A DNA stretch of 64,000 nucleotides from Candidatus Hermodarchaeota archaeon (GTDB lineage Archaea; Asgardarchaeota; Hermodarchaeia; Hermodarchaeales; Hermodarchaeaceae), in assembly GCA_016839805.1 (NCBI GenBank), contig JAEOTO010000003.1:1-64000 (forward strand), in the 5' to 3' direction. This document shows, in pieces, positions 30,074-39,330 of the stretch. The first letter of the stretch is position 1. Each line of letters starts with the position of its first letter. The position numbers and the translations under genes are program-made. The notes under the pieces are model-generated. The model was not told the DNA's origin. It worked only from the letters and a program-made list of their open reading frames with translations, and ran no database searches.

Positions 30074-31060
30074 TCAAACCTCCCAAGGTATGTCTACTTG
30101 GTCAAGACGCCATTTTGGTAGAATAGTGCTTTCTGATAGTGGAATGGATTTTCTGGCTTTGAGGAGGAGTAACCCATTGTATGCGATCATCGCCCCGTTG
30201 TCACCTGCATATTGTAAAGGTACGGAGTCAAAGCTAGCTGAATGTTCTGAAGCGACAATTTGAAGCATTTCACCAAGTCGAGCATTAGCTGCTACGCCAC
30301 CAGTAGCGATTACTTCTTCACGTCGCGTATGCGCAAGGGCACGCTCAACAACTTCGGCTACCATTGCAAAAGCCGTTTCTTGAAGGCTATAACAGACAGT
30401 TTCTAACCTAGTACCTTTTGAAAGGAGCCGTTTTGCTGCAGTCAAAAGACCAGAAAATGCCAGATCCATACCCTTAACGGTGTAGGGTAGTTCTTGATAG
30501 TCCCCCGTAGATTGTTGTGCAAGCTTCTCGATTTTAGGTCCACCTGGATGATGAAGCCCGGCTTCTCGAGCAAACATGTCCAGCATATTTCCTAAGGCGA
30601 TATCCAGGGTTTCGCCAAAAATGCGATACCGTCCCGTTTCCAATGTTGTTATCTGGGTATTTCCTCCAGAAAGATATGCAACTAGTGGATTTTTTGCTTG
30701 ACAGAAATATCGAGCCTGTTCGATATGAGCTACACAATGATTGACTCCTAAGAGGGGAATCTTAAGGGCTCCAGCGAGACTCCGGGCTATGACTGCCCCT
30801 ATTCGAAGGGCAGGAGGTAATCCTGGTCCCTGTGAAAAAGCAATTCCCTTAATTTTATCAAGAGGTACCTGAGCTTCTTCGAGGGCTCTTTGAAGGACTG
30901 CGAGGGCGTGTTTTTGGTGGTGCTCTGCCGCTTCGCGAGGATGAATCCCTCCTTCCGATGGTGTATACACTGCTCTAGTCTCCGTGAGAATTTGTCCTTC
31001 TCCATTGACTATACCTATTCCTAGTGTATGGGCAGTGCTTTCAATACCTAAGACGAGCAT
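30074..31060 (-). CDS. kae1: KEOPS N6-threonylcarbamoyltransferase Kae1
   Basis: LGIESTAHT, HCVAHIE, SGGNT, GETLD, GDNGAMIA. Confidence 0.97.
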   Translation of the reverse strand: MLVLGIESTAHTLGIGIVNGEGQILTETRAVYTPSEGGIHPREAAEHHQKHALAVLQRALEEAQVPLDKIKGIAFSQGPGLPPALRIGAVIARSLAGALKIPLLGVNHCVAHIEQARYFCQAKNPLVAYLSGGNTQITTLETGRYRIFGETLDIALGNMLDMFAREAGLHHPGGPKIEKLAQQSTGDYQELPYTVKGMDLAFSGLLTAAKRLLSKGTRLETVCYSLQETAFAMVAEVVERALAHTRREEVIATGGVAANARLGEMLQIVASEHSASFDSVPLQYAGDNGAMIAYNGLLLLKARKSIPLSESTILPKWRLDQVDIPWEV

Positions 31061-31142
31061 TACAATCGAACCAGATTAAGAGTCTAGGACAGAGGCAACG
31101 CTATACAAGTTACTGCGTTGATAATCGTTATGGGAATTACGC

Positions 31143-31325
31143 CTATTTTTCTTTCTCTGTTTCTTTCGAAGAGGGTTTAAATTCCGTGAAGCCACAGTTG
31201 CCACAGTGGAAGCGATCCTTATGTTCAGCCATGAAGGTTCCTTCTCCGCAGCGTGGACAAGAACGGCGTTTGCGTTCAAGTTTACCGTCCTTTCCCTGTG
31301 AATAATATTGGTGTGGTTTTGACGT
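31143..31325 (-). CDS. rps27ae: 30S ribosomal protein S27ae (eS31); probable ACG start
   Basis: Not in the ORF track. (M)[49 protein letters not shown]...; in-frame TGA at 31332-31334 just upstream. Confidence 0.93.
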   Translation of the reverse strand, partial: TSKPHQYYSQGKDGKLERKRRSCPRCGEGTFMAEHKDRFHCGNCGFTEFKPSSKETEKEK

Positions 31326-31359
31326 TGGTATTCACCTTCTCTGTTGTTTCAAAATGAGG

Positions 31360-31857
31360 TTATGAACTCTTTTTCTTTTTAGGAGGACCTTTTGGTTTTT
31401 CCTCCTTCTTCTTAGGAGCTTCCTTAGGCTTCTCCTCCGTAGGAGGCTCCATTGGTTCCTTTTTCTTCTTAGGAGCTTCCTTAGGCTTCTCCTCCGTAGG
31501 AGGCTCCATTGGTTCTTCGGGCTTCGTTTCTGGCATTTCAGGTGGGGGAGGTGGAGCGGTCTCAGCAGGGGGAGCTTCTTCTTTGGTGTGCCGCATTATG
31601 ATATAGTCTTGCTCATGGGCCACCGCTGCGTCTTTTGAAGGGTATTGGCGAGCGAACCCTTGTGTTGTCGATTGTCCGTATAATCCATTAAGTTTGATGA
31701 TGTAAAGAGTGTCTTCTTTGCAATTCAACATGGCTGCAAGTTTTGCACGAACATCAAGACGTGTGGGAGTTGCTGTACCTTGGTGTTCGACAAGAAACGT
31801 TATTTCCTGACGTTTAAGGAGTGGATTATCCATTTTTTCTTCAATCTTGATTTTCAT
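31360..31857 (-). CDS. rps24e: 30S ribosomal protein S24e with Pro/Glu/Lys-rich tail
   Basis: NPLLKRQE, TPTR..VRAKLA. ATG at 31857. Confidence 0.93.
   Translation of the reverse strand: MKIKIEEKMDNPLLKRQEITFLVEHQGTATPTRLDVRAKLAAMLNCKEDTLYIIKLNGLYGQSTTQGFARQYPSKDAAVAHEQDYIIMRHTKEEAPPAETAPPPPPEMPETKPEEPMEPPTEEKPKEAPKKKKEPMEPPTEEKPKEAPKKKEEKPKGPPKKKKSS
31406..31515. repeat. Tandem duplication (53-bp identical copies, 57-bp period) in the rps24e tail
   Basis: 31406-31458 = 31463-31515; encodes EPMEPPTEEKPKEAPKK twice. Confidence 0.9.
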
Positions 31858-32404
31858 TGTGTGGCACCATTTTTTGTAGGATATTTTCAACGGCTTGTTT
31901 ATGTGTAGGCGTTACCTTGATGACTACGATTCCCTGATCAGGGAGACCATAAACAACAGCTGAATCAGTGGGTGCAAGCGCCACTGCGGGTAGTGCCGTT
32001 AGGTCCTCTTCGCCCTCTATTAAGAGTTTCGCAGTTTTCTCTGATTCCCTCATTTCTAAGGCTAACTCAATAGCAATCCAAACCTCAGGGCGAAGTTCTG
32101 CTGCTGGATTAACTGCGAAAAAAATTACATCTGCGACCAAGTCGTAATCGAGTTCATCATGACGCTTGGTTTTTCCATCTAAAATTGAGAGGGTTGCCTG
32201 GCAATTTACTTTTGCTAGGTTGATTGATACAAGATCACCTACTGCGATTATTGGATGAAGCTTGTGTCTGCGGATATAAGCGCAAGCATCCTCAGCGGCA
32301 CCTAAACCTGACCGCGAGAATAATTTACCCTTGGGACCTTTGAGCAAATGTCGATGTTGTTCTGGGAGTGTAAGTCTGAGTTCCCGCAGCTGCTTGGCAG
32401 CCAA
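31841..32404 (-). CDS. GTP-dependent dephospho-CoA kinase (DUF359)
   Basis: VGDLVS, DGKTKR, NPA, GEEDL, YGLPDQG. Confidence 0.9.
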   Translation of the reverse strand: MAAKQLRELRLTLPEQHRHLLKGPKGKLFSRSGLGAAEDACAYIRRHKLHPIIAVGDLVSINLAKVNCQATLSILDGKTKRHDELDYDLVADVIFFAVNPAAELRPEVWIAIELALEMRESEKTAKLLIEGEEDLTALPAVALAPTDSAVVYGLPDQGIVVIKVTPTHKQAVENILQKMVPHNENQD

Positions 32405-32424
32405 CTAGGTTACCTCGCTTCTAT

Positions 32425-32613
32425 TTATCGGACTTGAAGGGCGTATTCCCCAGGTTTAGTGATATTGAGCTTTTGGGCTATCATAGAATTTTCAGGGTCA
32501 AAAATGAGAACAAGCCCTGAGAAACTTTCAGAAAGATTTGTACTTTTACAAATTGGACAATGCGATTTAGTTGTCATAACATGGCAGACTTTACAGGCTT
32601 TGCGTTTAGCCAT
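32425..32613 (-). CDS. spt4: Transcription elongation factor Spt4 (RpoE'')
   Basis: KACKVC...CPIC...GLVLIFDPENS..A..L.I..PGEYA. Confidence 0.95.
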   Translation of the reverse strand: MAKRKACKVCHVMTTKSHCPICKSTNLSESFSGLVLIFDPENSMIAQKLNITKPGEYALQVR

Positions 32614-32661
32614 TTTTTTCACATCTTCATTATATTGTGCGTGGGACCGAACTCTGTAAAG

Positions 32662-33270
32662 TTATTTTTTCTTTGTTTGATCTTTTCCTTCTTTCTTTTT
32701 CTCAGCTTTTCGCTTAGAGTCCAGGAGTTTCGCGATTTCTTCTTTTATCCATTCCAACTTACCTAGAAAAGGCTGTCGCATTGTCAGTCCTAATTTCCCA
32801 CTGCGTGCGCCGCCATCAATACTTACGGCAACAATGCGTGTTCGGACTAGATCACCTTCTGTTATTCTCCGACCGGTTTCTTTACCAACGAGTGCAGCAC
32901 TTCGGGGATCGTAGGAGAAGAAATCATCAGTGATTTGACTTACGTGACATAGCCCATCAAGGGGACCCAGTCGGATGAAAGCCCCAAAATCGACGACTTC
33001 AACCACCTCCCCTTGAGCAAGGAAATTTACTTTGGGTTCGAAGGTAAGAATGGTGAGGTTTACATCATGGTAGGTGGCACCATCACCGGGAATGATTTTT
33101 CCAACACCGATATTGAGGACTTCGGTGACAGCAATAATAAATCCGAGGTCTACATCGATGATGCCTTCATATTGTTCTCGGAGTATCTCCTCAGCGACCT
33201 CGTAGAGGTCTTCGTTAAATCGATTTGGCGGAATGCGCACATGCCCTTTAATGGTAACAGCTTGGTAGAT
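32662..33270 (-). CDS. rpoE1: RNA polymerase subunit E' (Rpo7); probable ATC start
   Basis: GGAGG-7 nt-ATC TAC CAA... gives (M)YQAVTIKGHVRIPP; FGAFIRLGPLDGLCHVSQI, LTMRQPFLGK. Confidence 0.95.
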   Translation of the reverse strand: MYQAVTIKGHVRIPPNRFNEDLYEVAEEILREQYEGIIDVDLGFIIAVTEVLNIGVGKIIPGDGATYHDVNLTILTFEPKVNFLAQGEVVEVVDFGAFIRLGPLDGLCHVSQITDDFFSYDPRSAALVGKETGRRITEGDLVRTRIVAVSIDGGARSGKLGLTMRQPFLGKLEWIKEEIAKLLDSKRKAEKKKEGKDQTKKK

Positions 33271-33358
33271 AGTCTTGCCTCCGGTCTCGGAACGGTTACA
33301 GGTTGGGCTGATAAGCTTTTCTATTTACTTGGAAACCGCGTGGTTCTTCGGGTTGAAA

Positions 33359-33802
33359 CTATTCAGTGAGAGCGAGAACAGAAAGCTTTCGCAAAAAAAT
33401 GGCGCGAGACCCTTGTTTCACGAGTTTTCGACGTAAGTCTCCATCATTGGTGGCAACAATTGCGTTTATCTGCTTGGCATATTGAAGCAATGCGGTGTCG
33501 GCGTCAAGGTTTTGCAAGGATTGTGGTAGATTTTCTACAAGTTGACAATTTTGGTGTACTAGGTGTAAAGCATTCCTTGCAGCATTTTGTTCCTTAGTCC
33601 TACCATTCTCTTGTAACCATTTGATTTCCCTGAGTATTTGTGGCATAATGAGGAATGTTACATGCCTTCCTATTAGACGTGGGATTTCTTCGTAAATATC
33701 AAAGCGTCGTTGAAAAGGTAAAAGCAAGAAATTTGTGTCAAGGAGAACTTGTGTGCTATGGTTCGACCCAATATTATTCTTCAATGACGGTGCCCCATCC
33801 AA
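33359..33802 (-). CDS. PIN-domain nuclease (Fcf1/Utp24-like); start uncertain
   Basis: LDTNFL, ADTAL, VATND..LR; synteny after aIF2gamma. Confidence 0.85.
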   Translation of the reverse strand: MDGAPSLKNNIGSNHSTQVLLDTNFLLLPFQRRFDIYEEIPRLIGRHVTFLIMPQILREIKWLQENGRTKEQNAARNALHLVHQNCQLVENLPQSLQNLDADTALLQYAKQINAIVATNDGDLRRKLVKQGSRAIFLRKLSVLALTE

Positions 33803-35033
33803 TCAAACGCCACCTCATCTCAATCTGTCGACTAATTGCAACGCGTTGCCCTGGAATAATCGCAACAGGTTTCCGGAGTGCAAAGGTGGTTTGATTTTTC
33901 CCTTCCAATTTCGTTACCTGACCCACTGTTGCTGAGGATCCAACAATTAGCATGAGCGTTTCATTCAATTTTATGTTTTTCACAGCAATTTGTTCGACTG
34001 CACCAACCACACGTTTTAGGAGATTTGTTTCCAGGGTAAGTTGTTCTATAATGGGTGGAAGTTGGCCAGTTGGTCCGGCGAGATTGCCAATGAGTGCGTC
34101 AGCCCGTGTCAAGGCAGGATCAAGCTTTGTTCCTACACCGATGAGACCGCTTGGATGGGCGGTTTTCAAGGTTTTGCCCGTTCCGGTTTGTATACTGGTT
34201 ACTGAGGTGAATATGGGTTCATAGGTAAAGGAGCCCTTATCCTTCTTAATTGGAATTCCTGGGCGAATTTCTAATTCATCGCCAACGGATACTTTTCCTT
34301 GAATGATTGTGCCGCCAATAACCCCGCCCTGTAATTCTTTGGGTCGTGTACCAGGTTTATTGATATCAAAGGATCGAGCGACATAGAACAGTCCTGCTTT
34401 TTGCAGGTCCCGTTTGGGTGTGGGGATGACTTTCTCAATTGTTTGAATGAGCACGTCTATATTAGTGCCAAACATTGCAGAAATCGGAATAATTGGAGCA
34501 TCTTCTGCGATAGTTCCTGAAACAAAGTGTTTGATTTCATTGTAATTGTTTAAGGCTTGTTTTTCCGATAGCAGTTCGATTTTATTTTGCGCAATTATTA
34601 TCTTATCAACGCCAATTATTTCCAAAGCCGCTAAATGTTCCCTTGTTTGTGGTTGAGGACACTTCTCATCTGCGGCAATAAGGAGTAAAGCCCCATCCAT
34701 TAGAGCTGCTCCAGAGATCATCGTTGCCATTAAAATCTCATGTCCTGGTGCGTCCACCAATGAAATACGACGAATGGGTTCTGCTATTCCTCCACATTTT
34801 TTACATTTGGAGCTTGTTGTGTAACCAGCGGCTCCTCTACATTTAGAACACTTGTAAATATCTACATCTGCATATCCTAATTTAATCGAGATACCTCGAC
34901 GAAGTTCTTCAGAATGCCGATCTGTCCATTCCCCCGACAAGGCTTTAGCCAACGTGGTTTTGCCATGATCAACATGACCCACTAATCCTATGTTGACTTC
35001 GGCTTGTTTTGGCATAGTTTTTCGTGGGGGCAT
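33774..35033 (-). CDS. eif2g: Translation initiation factor 2 gamma
   Basis: GHVDHGKTT, RGISIKLGY, DAPGHE, NKIE, WRLIGWG. Confidence 0.97.
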   Translation of the reverse strand: MPPRKTMPKQAEVNIGLVGHVDHGKTTLAKALSGEWTDRHSEELRRGISIKLGYADVDIYKCSKCRGAAGYTTSSKCKKCGGIAEPIRRISLVDAPGHEILMATMISGAALMDGALLLIAADEKCPQPQTREHLAALEIIGVDKIIIAQNKIELLSEKQALNNYNEIKHFVSGTIAEDAPIIPISAMFGTNIDVLIQTIEKVIPTPKRDLQKAGLFYVARSFDINKPGTRPKELQGGVIGGTIIQGKVSVGDELEIRPGIPIKKDKGSFTYEPIFTSVTSIQTGTGKTLKTAHPSGLIGVGTKLDPALTRADALIGNLAGPTGQLPPIIEQLTLETNLLKRVVGAVEQIAVKNIKLNETLMLIVGSSATVGQVTKLEGKNQTTFALRKPVAIIPGQRVAISRQIEMRWRLIGWGTVIEE

Positions 35034-35067
35034 ATTCGTTCGTCATCTCTTAGAAGGATTCATACAT

Positions 35068-35469
35068 TTATTCTTTTGAAGGGGAAGTACTTTTCTCGAC
35101 AAGCTCTAAAAGTGGTTTGGAGCCATGTGTAATTATTTTTGCATTAACCTGGACGATTTCATCGGTGATTTCGTTACCTCGGACTAGACGACGGCGGCGT
35201 TCTCCTTTTGTTTTGGGTTGATAGCCGATTCCACCAGTAAGAAGGGGACGTTTGCGCACTGCGCCATGCACATCAGGGCGCATGGGTGTTCCGCCACCAT
35301 CGCTGCCACCAGTGATTTTGAATTCGTATCCACCTAGACCAAGTGAATTTCCATCAACAACTTCTCCGATGATTTTTCCATGGAGTATGCGACTCCGTTG
35401 CTCACTAAGTTCTAGTTGAATTGTCTGACCAGTGTCAGGATCACCAATGACTAAACGGATTCGAGTCAT
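35068..35469 (-). CDS. rps6e: 30S ribosomal protein S6e
   Basis: ITGGSD..G.PMRPDV, GERRRRLVRG. Confidence 0.95.
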   Translation of the reverse strand: MTRIRLVIGDPDTGQTIQLELSEQRSRILHGKIIGEVVDGNSLGLGGYEFKITGGSDGGGTPMRPDVHGAVRKRPLLTGGIGYQPKTKGERRRRLVRGNEITDEIVQVNAKIITHGSKPLLELVEKSTSPSKE

Positions 35470-35613
35470 ATCAAAGTCCTCTTTCTACGTATAGCTGTTT
35501 TAGCGTCCTTTCTTTAAGGCTCGCATAAACAGAATCGTAGCATACGGTATGCGCTTATCAATCTTACCATCAAGTGAGTGGGACCAACGGTGATAAGACT
35601 AGCGTGGGTATTG

Positions 35614-37395
35614 CTATATACCCCAAAAGGGTTGTACATGCTTTCGTTTTAATTGCAGGAACTCAGTTAGTAATTCGAGTTCATCAGAAGTAAGATTATC
35701 TTTGAAGTCTTGACTAAGACGAATGACCATACCTTCAGGAAGATCAACATAGAGGATGTCCCCCTCATCAATTTGACGACCTACGGTAGCTCCGCGTATA
35801 GATACAGCAATTTCGGCACCAATTCGTGCCTCACGAATGGTTTCGCCCTTATCTTGAATTTGTTGTATGGTTCCGATTTTCTTGTTTTCCGGGGTGATGA
35901 GTGTACTTTTAGCACGAACACGTCCCGCCAATACTCTCACACCCACGACCGCGGGATTGCTTTGGCGAAAGACATAACCAGGAAGTAATTCGATTTTACC
36001 AGGGAAAGTTAGTTCTTCTAGCATGGCTTCTTCTAATTTTCTACGTTTCTCGGTTACCCAGGTTTCATATTGGTCAACAAGGTCATAGATAATCTGACTT
36101 TGAAAGATTGGGACTCTACGAGCATCAGCTTCATTCATTGCGTCAGGTAAAGGTTTAGTATTAAAGGTCAATACGACGCCTAAAAATGGATCAGCGTCAC
36201 CAACAGTTGACACTTCCACGATATCCTTCTTTGAGATGTCACCAATATCGGCACGGCGAATTGGTATATCTCGTTCACGTAGGTATTCGATTAGAGCCTC
36301 TAAGGATCCAAGAGTGTCCGCTTTCAGAAAAACTCCGATTTTATCAGTTTCAATTCGAACGGCTTCCATGTCCTGAATAATTCGCTCAGTAGCGGCAGTC
36401 ACTTCCTCTTCAGAATTAGCTACGTATAAGCCCGCACCAGCAATTGCATCGTCCAGTTCAGGAGCGGCAATTTTTATTCCTGCAGCTGCAACGACTTCTT
36501 TGACGGGGGAAAAACGTTCACGTGGATCACGAATTTCATCCAGCGGTTTGGGCATCAGAAGGGCGCGAACGTGGGTTGTCACTGGTTTGGGAATTCCCCC
36601 TACAACAATTGTGTCGCCCTTGTTGAGCACACCATCGTAAATGATGGTGTCAATTGTCACACCAAGACCTGCCTCTTCCTTCACTTCTAGTACAACACCT
36701 TTTGCAGGACCTGAGGTGGTTTGGAGTTGTTCCTCAAGATATTGTTGAGCTAGTCCTATGAGAACTAGTAGTAGTTCCGATAATCCTTCTCCAGTTTTGG
36801 CGCTGGTTGGCACGATAGCTACGGTCTTAGCAAAATCTGTGATTCGGTCAAACCGGTCAGACTGAAATCCTTCACGCGAAAGATCCCCCATGACTTCATA
36901 GATTTTTTCGTCCAATTGACCACGAACATACTCAGATTGAGAAGTCAGTGACTCATTAAGAACCCATGTTTTTTGGGCTTTCCAGCCTGGTAATCGATCC
37001 ACTTTGTTTAGTGCAATGAGATAAGGAGTTTTACGGGCTTTTAAAATTCGAAGAGATTCATAGGTTTGTGGTTGTAGTCCATCGACAATATCCACTACAA
37101 GGATTGCGATATCAGCAACAGCGCCTCCTCGTTTGCGTAGATTGAAGAAAGCAGCATGGCCTGGTGTATCGATGATAAGGAGACCAGGTAGCGTAAGTTC
37201 GTGTTTGAACGTTTCCATGAGTGGACCAACGAGCTCTTTCACGGTTGAAAGTGGAAAGAAACTCGCACCGATTTGTTGAGTGATTCCCCCTGCTTCGCGG
37301 GCTTGAACACCAGTTCCTCGGATTTTATCAAGTAAGCTGGTTTTACCTGTATCGATATGTCCAAGCATGGTGACGATGGGTTGACGGATTGGCAT
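35614..37395 (-). CDS. infB: Translation initiation factor aIF5B (IF-2)
   Basis: IRQPIV..LGHIDTGKT, IDTPGH, NKVD, KADTLGSLEA; no intein. Confidence 0.97.
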   Translation of the reverse strand: MPIRQPIVTMLGHIDTGKTSLLDKIRGTGVQAREAGGITQQIGASFFPLSTVKELVGPLMETFKHELTLPGLLIIDTPGHAAFFNLRKRGGAVADIAILVVDIVDGLQPQTYESLRILKARKTPYLIALNKVDRLPGWKAQKTWVLNESLTSQSEYVRGQLDEKIYEVMGDLSREGFQSDRFDRITDFAKTVAIVPTSAKTGEGLSELLLVLIGLAQQYLEEQLQTTSGPAKGVVLEVKEEAGLGVTIDTIIYDGVLNKGDTIVVGGIPKPVTTHVRALLMPKPLDEIRDPRERFSPVKEVVAAAGIKIAAPELDDAIAGAGLYVANSEEEVTAATERIIQDMEAVRIETDKIGVFLKADTLGSLEALIEYLRERDIPIRRADIGDISKKDIVEVSTVGDADPFLGVVLTFNTKPLPDAMNEADARRVPIFQSQIIYDLVDQYETWVTEKRRKLEEAMLEELTFPGKIELLPGYVFRQSNPAVVGVRVLAGRVRAKSTLITPENKKIGTIQQIQDKGETIREARIGAEIAVSIRGATVGRQIDEGDILYVDLPEGMVIRLSQDFKDNLTSDELELLTEFLQLKRKHVQPFWGI

Positions 37396-37563
37396 AGCTG
37401 GCACCTCACCGAAAAGACTGAAAGAAGGATTACTCTGGTTTGCTGGGACCAGAACACGCTATTTAAGGCTTCTGTACTAAAACCGACTGGCAGATTTGGA
37501 AAGTTTTAGTGAGAGAAGGCTTTTTGTAAAGAAACGAAATTGTGCCTGTTTGAGGAATTTGCT

Positions 37564-38232
37564 ATGGAACAAACGCTGCTGGTGTTAAAACCCGATGCAA
37601 CAATGCGACGAGGTGTAGGAGCTGCGGTCTTAGATCAGATTATGACTAATCTTCCAGATATCAAGTTCAAAGGATTCTTAGAAATGGCTGTACCTGGTCA
37701 TCTCGCGGAACAGCATTATGCCATTCATAAAGAGAAATTCTTCTATCCGTGGCTTCTGCAATTCATTCAAGTCGGGAATATTATTGCTACTGTATTAGAA
37801 GGAGAAAAAGTCGTTAACCGTTTACGTGATGTTTTGGGCGCTACTTTTGTTGAGAAAGCTAGTCCTGATAGTTTAAGAGGCAAATATGGTCTAGTTGGCG
37901 GTGTGAACGTTGCACATGCTTCAGACGAACCAGCCAACGCTCTAAACGAAATTACTCTGTGGCAACAGGAAGCCAACCTTGACTTAACAATAGATGGACT
38001 TGAGCCCATTAACAAATATATCACAAGATGGAGAGAAGCACCTGTATTTGCTACCCAAGATATTCGTCAAATCTGTGAGGAATATTCCCAAGAGTATTGT
38101 TTCCGAACAGGTTATTTGGAGAAAATCGTAGAACTTCTGGTTGACGAGTGCCCAGATTGGTCTAATCAAGATCTACAAAGTCTTGCTGATGCGATTTTAG
38201 GTAATATGGATTTAGATCGGAATAAATCGTAG
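37564..38232 (+). CDS. ndk: Divergent nucleoside diphosphate kinase with C-terminal extension
   Basis: EQTLLVLKPDA, EQHYAIHKEKFFY, LGAT, SLRG.YG, NVAHASD. Confidence 0.88.
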   Translation: MEQTLLVLKPDATMRRGVGAAVLDQIMTNLPDIKFKGFLEMAVPGHLAEQHYAIHKEKFFYPWLLQFIQVGNIIATVLEGEKVVNRLRDVLGATFVEKASPDSLRGKYGLVGGVNVAHASDEPANALNEITLWQQEANLDLTIDGLEPINKYITRWREAPVFATQDIRQICEEYSQEYCFRTGYLEKIVELLVDECPDWSNQDLQSLADAILGNMDLDRNKS

Positions 38233-38280
38233 AAATAAATTGTGTTTAGATAATGTGTACGTCTATTCAGAGAAGCTTGA

Positions 38281-38667
38281 CTAACTCTTATCCTTTTTCT
38301 TCTTAGGTTTTGGCTTTTCAGCTGCTTTCTTAGAAGTCTTTGGTTTGGTCTCAGAGTCCGATTTTTTAACTTTGGGTTTTGACTTTGCTTTAGGCTTAGC
38401 CTTTTCTTTAGCCTTAGGCTTAGCCTTTTCTTTAGCCTTAGGCTTGGCTTTCTTTCGGGCTCTAGTAGCTTGAGCACGGCGTCGTATTCGCTCTTCATAG
38501 ACTTCAGTCCATTTCAGTCGTCGCGCTCTGCGCTTCAAATAAATTTGATTTCGACGACATTTACTAGAGCATAAATAGAGTAGGCTTCCATCGTTTCGGA
38601 CGTAGATTGACCCTGTACCAGGCTCAACATCTGCACCACAAAAGGAACAAGTGTATTTTTTGACCAT
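38281..38667 (-). CDS. rpl24e: 50S ribosomal protein L24e with long basic tail
   Basis: CSFCG..VEPGTG...CSSKC...LKWT; tail with KAKPKAKE-type repeats. Confidence 0.95.
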   Translation of the reverse strand: MVKKYTCSFCGADVEPGTGSIYVRNDGSLLYLCSSKCRRNQIYLKRRARRLKWTEVYEERIRRRAQATRARKKAKPKAKEKAKPKAKEKAKPKAKSKPKVKKSDSETKPKTSKKAAEKPKPKKKKDKS

Positions 38668-38691
38668 TCATAATCCTTTCCTAGCGGGATG

Positions 38692-38907
38692 TTAAGGAGT
38701 TCGTATCTTTCGAGCCTCACGTTCGGTTTCGCGTAATATTAAGACATCGCCCTCTCGAATTGGACCTTTAACATTACGGGTGAGAATACGACCCTGATCA
38801 CGACCTTCAAGCACACGGACGCGTACCTGGATGATTTCCCCGGTGAGTCCAGTTCGTCCTACGACTTGGACTACTTCGGCAGGAATGCCCGTGTCTTCTG
38901 AACTCAT
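38692..38907 (-). CDS. rps28e: 30S ribosomal protein S28e
   Basis: GRTG..G...QV...RNVKGP...GD.L.L.ETEREA. Confidence 0.97.
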   Translation of the reverse strand: MSSEDTGIPAEVVQVVGRTGLTGEIIQVRVRVLEGRDQGRILTRNVKGPIREGDVLILRETEREARKIRTP

Positions 38908-38931
38908 TCATGTATCACCCATGGGTTGGTC

Positions 38932-39300
38932 CTATTTCTGAAGGTCCTTGAGTTTTTTGACGAGGTCGTCAATGAGCCGTTGAGCTTCCCCAGCTTCGAT
39001 AACAGCTGCAGAGGCTGATGGTACATCGATACCTAATGCGGTACCTAGTCGGTTTTTGTTTGCTACATAGATGTAGGGGATGTTCTTTTCTTCGCACATA
39101 ATTGGAAGGTGAAAAATTATTTCGGGGGGATCGACATCCTCAGCGATGGCGACGAATTTGGCAATTGCGCGTTCCACGGCTTTGGTTGTTTCATTCGTTC
39201 CTTTTCGTACCTTACCGGTATCACGTGCGACTTCGATTATCTCGTAGGCTACATCCTGTAGTTCTTTTGGTGCAGTAAATTTGACATGCGGTTTTGACAA
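38932..39300 (-). CDS. rpl7ae: 50S ribosomal protein L7Ae
   Basis: [26 protein letters not shown] start after GAGGTG. Confidence 0.97.
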   Translation of the reverse strand: MSKPHVKFTAPKELQDVAYEIIEVARDTGKVRKGTNETTKAVERAIAKFVAIAEDVDPPEIIFHLPIMCEEKNIPYIYVANKNRLGTALGIDVPSASAAVIEAGEAQRLIDDLVKKLKDLQK

Positions 39301-39306
39301 CAAGAG

Positions 39307-39330
39307 CACCTCATTATTTATTCATCGGGT
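39307..39330 (-). promoter_or_regulatory. K-turn-like element overlapping the rpl7ae Shine-Dalgarno site (autoregulation)
   Basis: Minus strand ACCC-GAU-GA-AUAAAUAAU-GA-GGUG: CC/GG stem, 3-nt bulge, tandem G.A/A.G, then A-U and U-A pairs. Confidence 0.55.

Noticed and set aside
30074-30076. Selenocysteine at the kae1/bud32 TGA
   Set aside because: Linker position, not a Cys-homologous site, and no convincing SECIS seen; kept only as generic readthrough
31076-31279. 67-aa minus-strand ORF in the track
   Set aside because: Wrong frame; the real gene is rps27ae (31143-31325)
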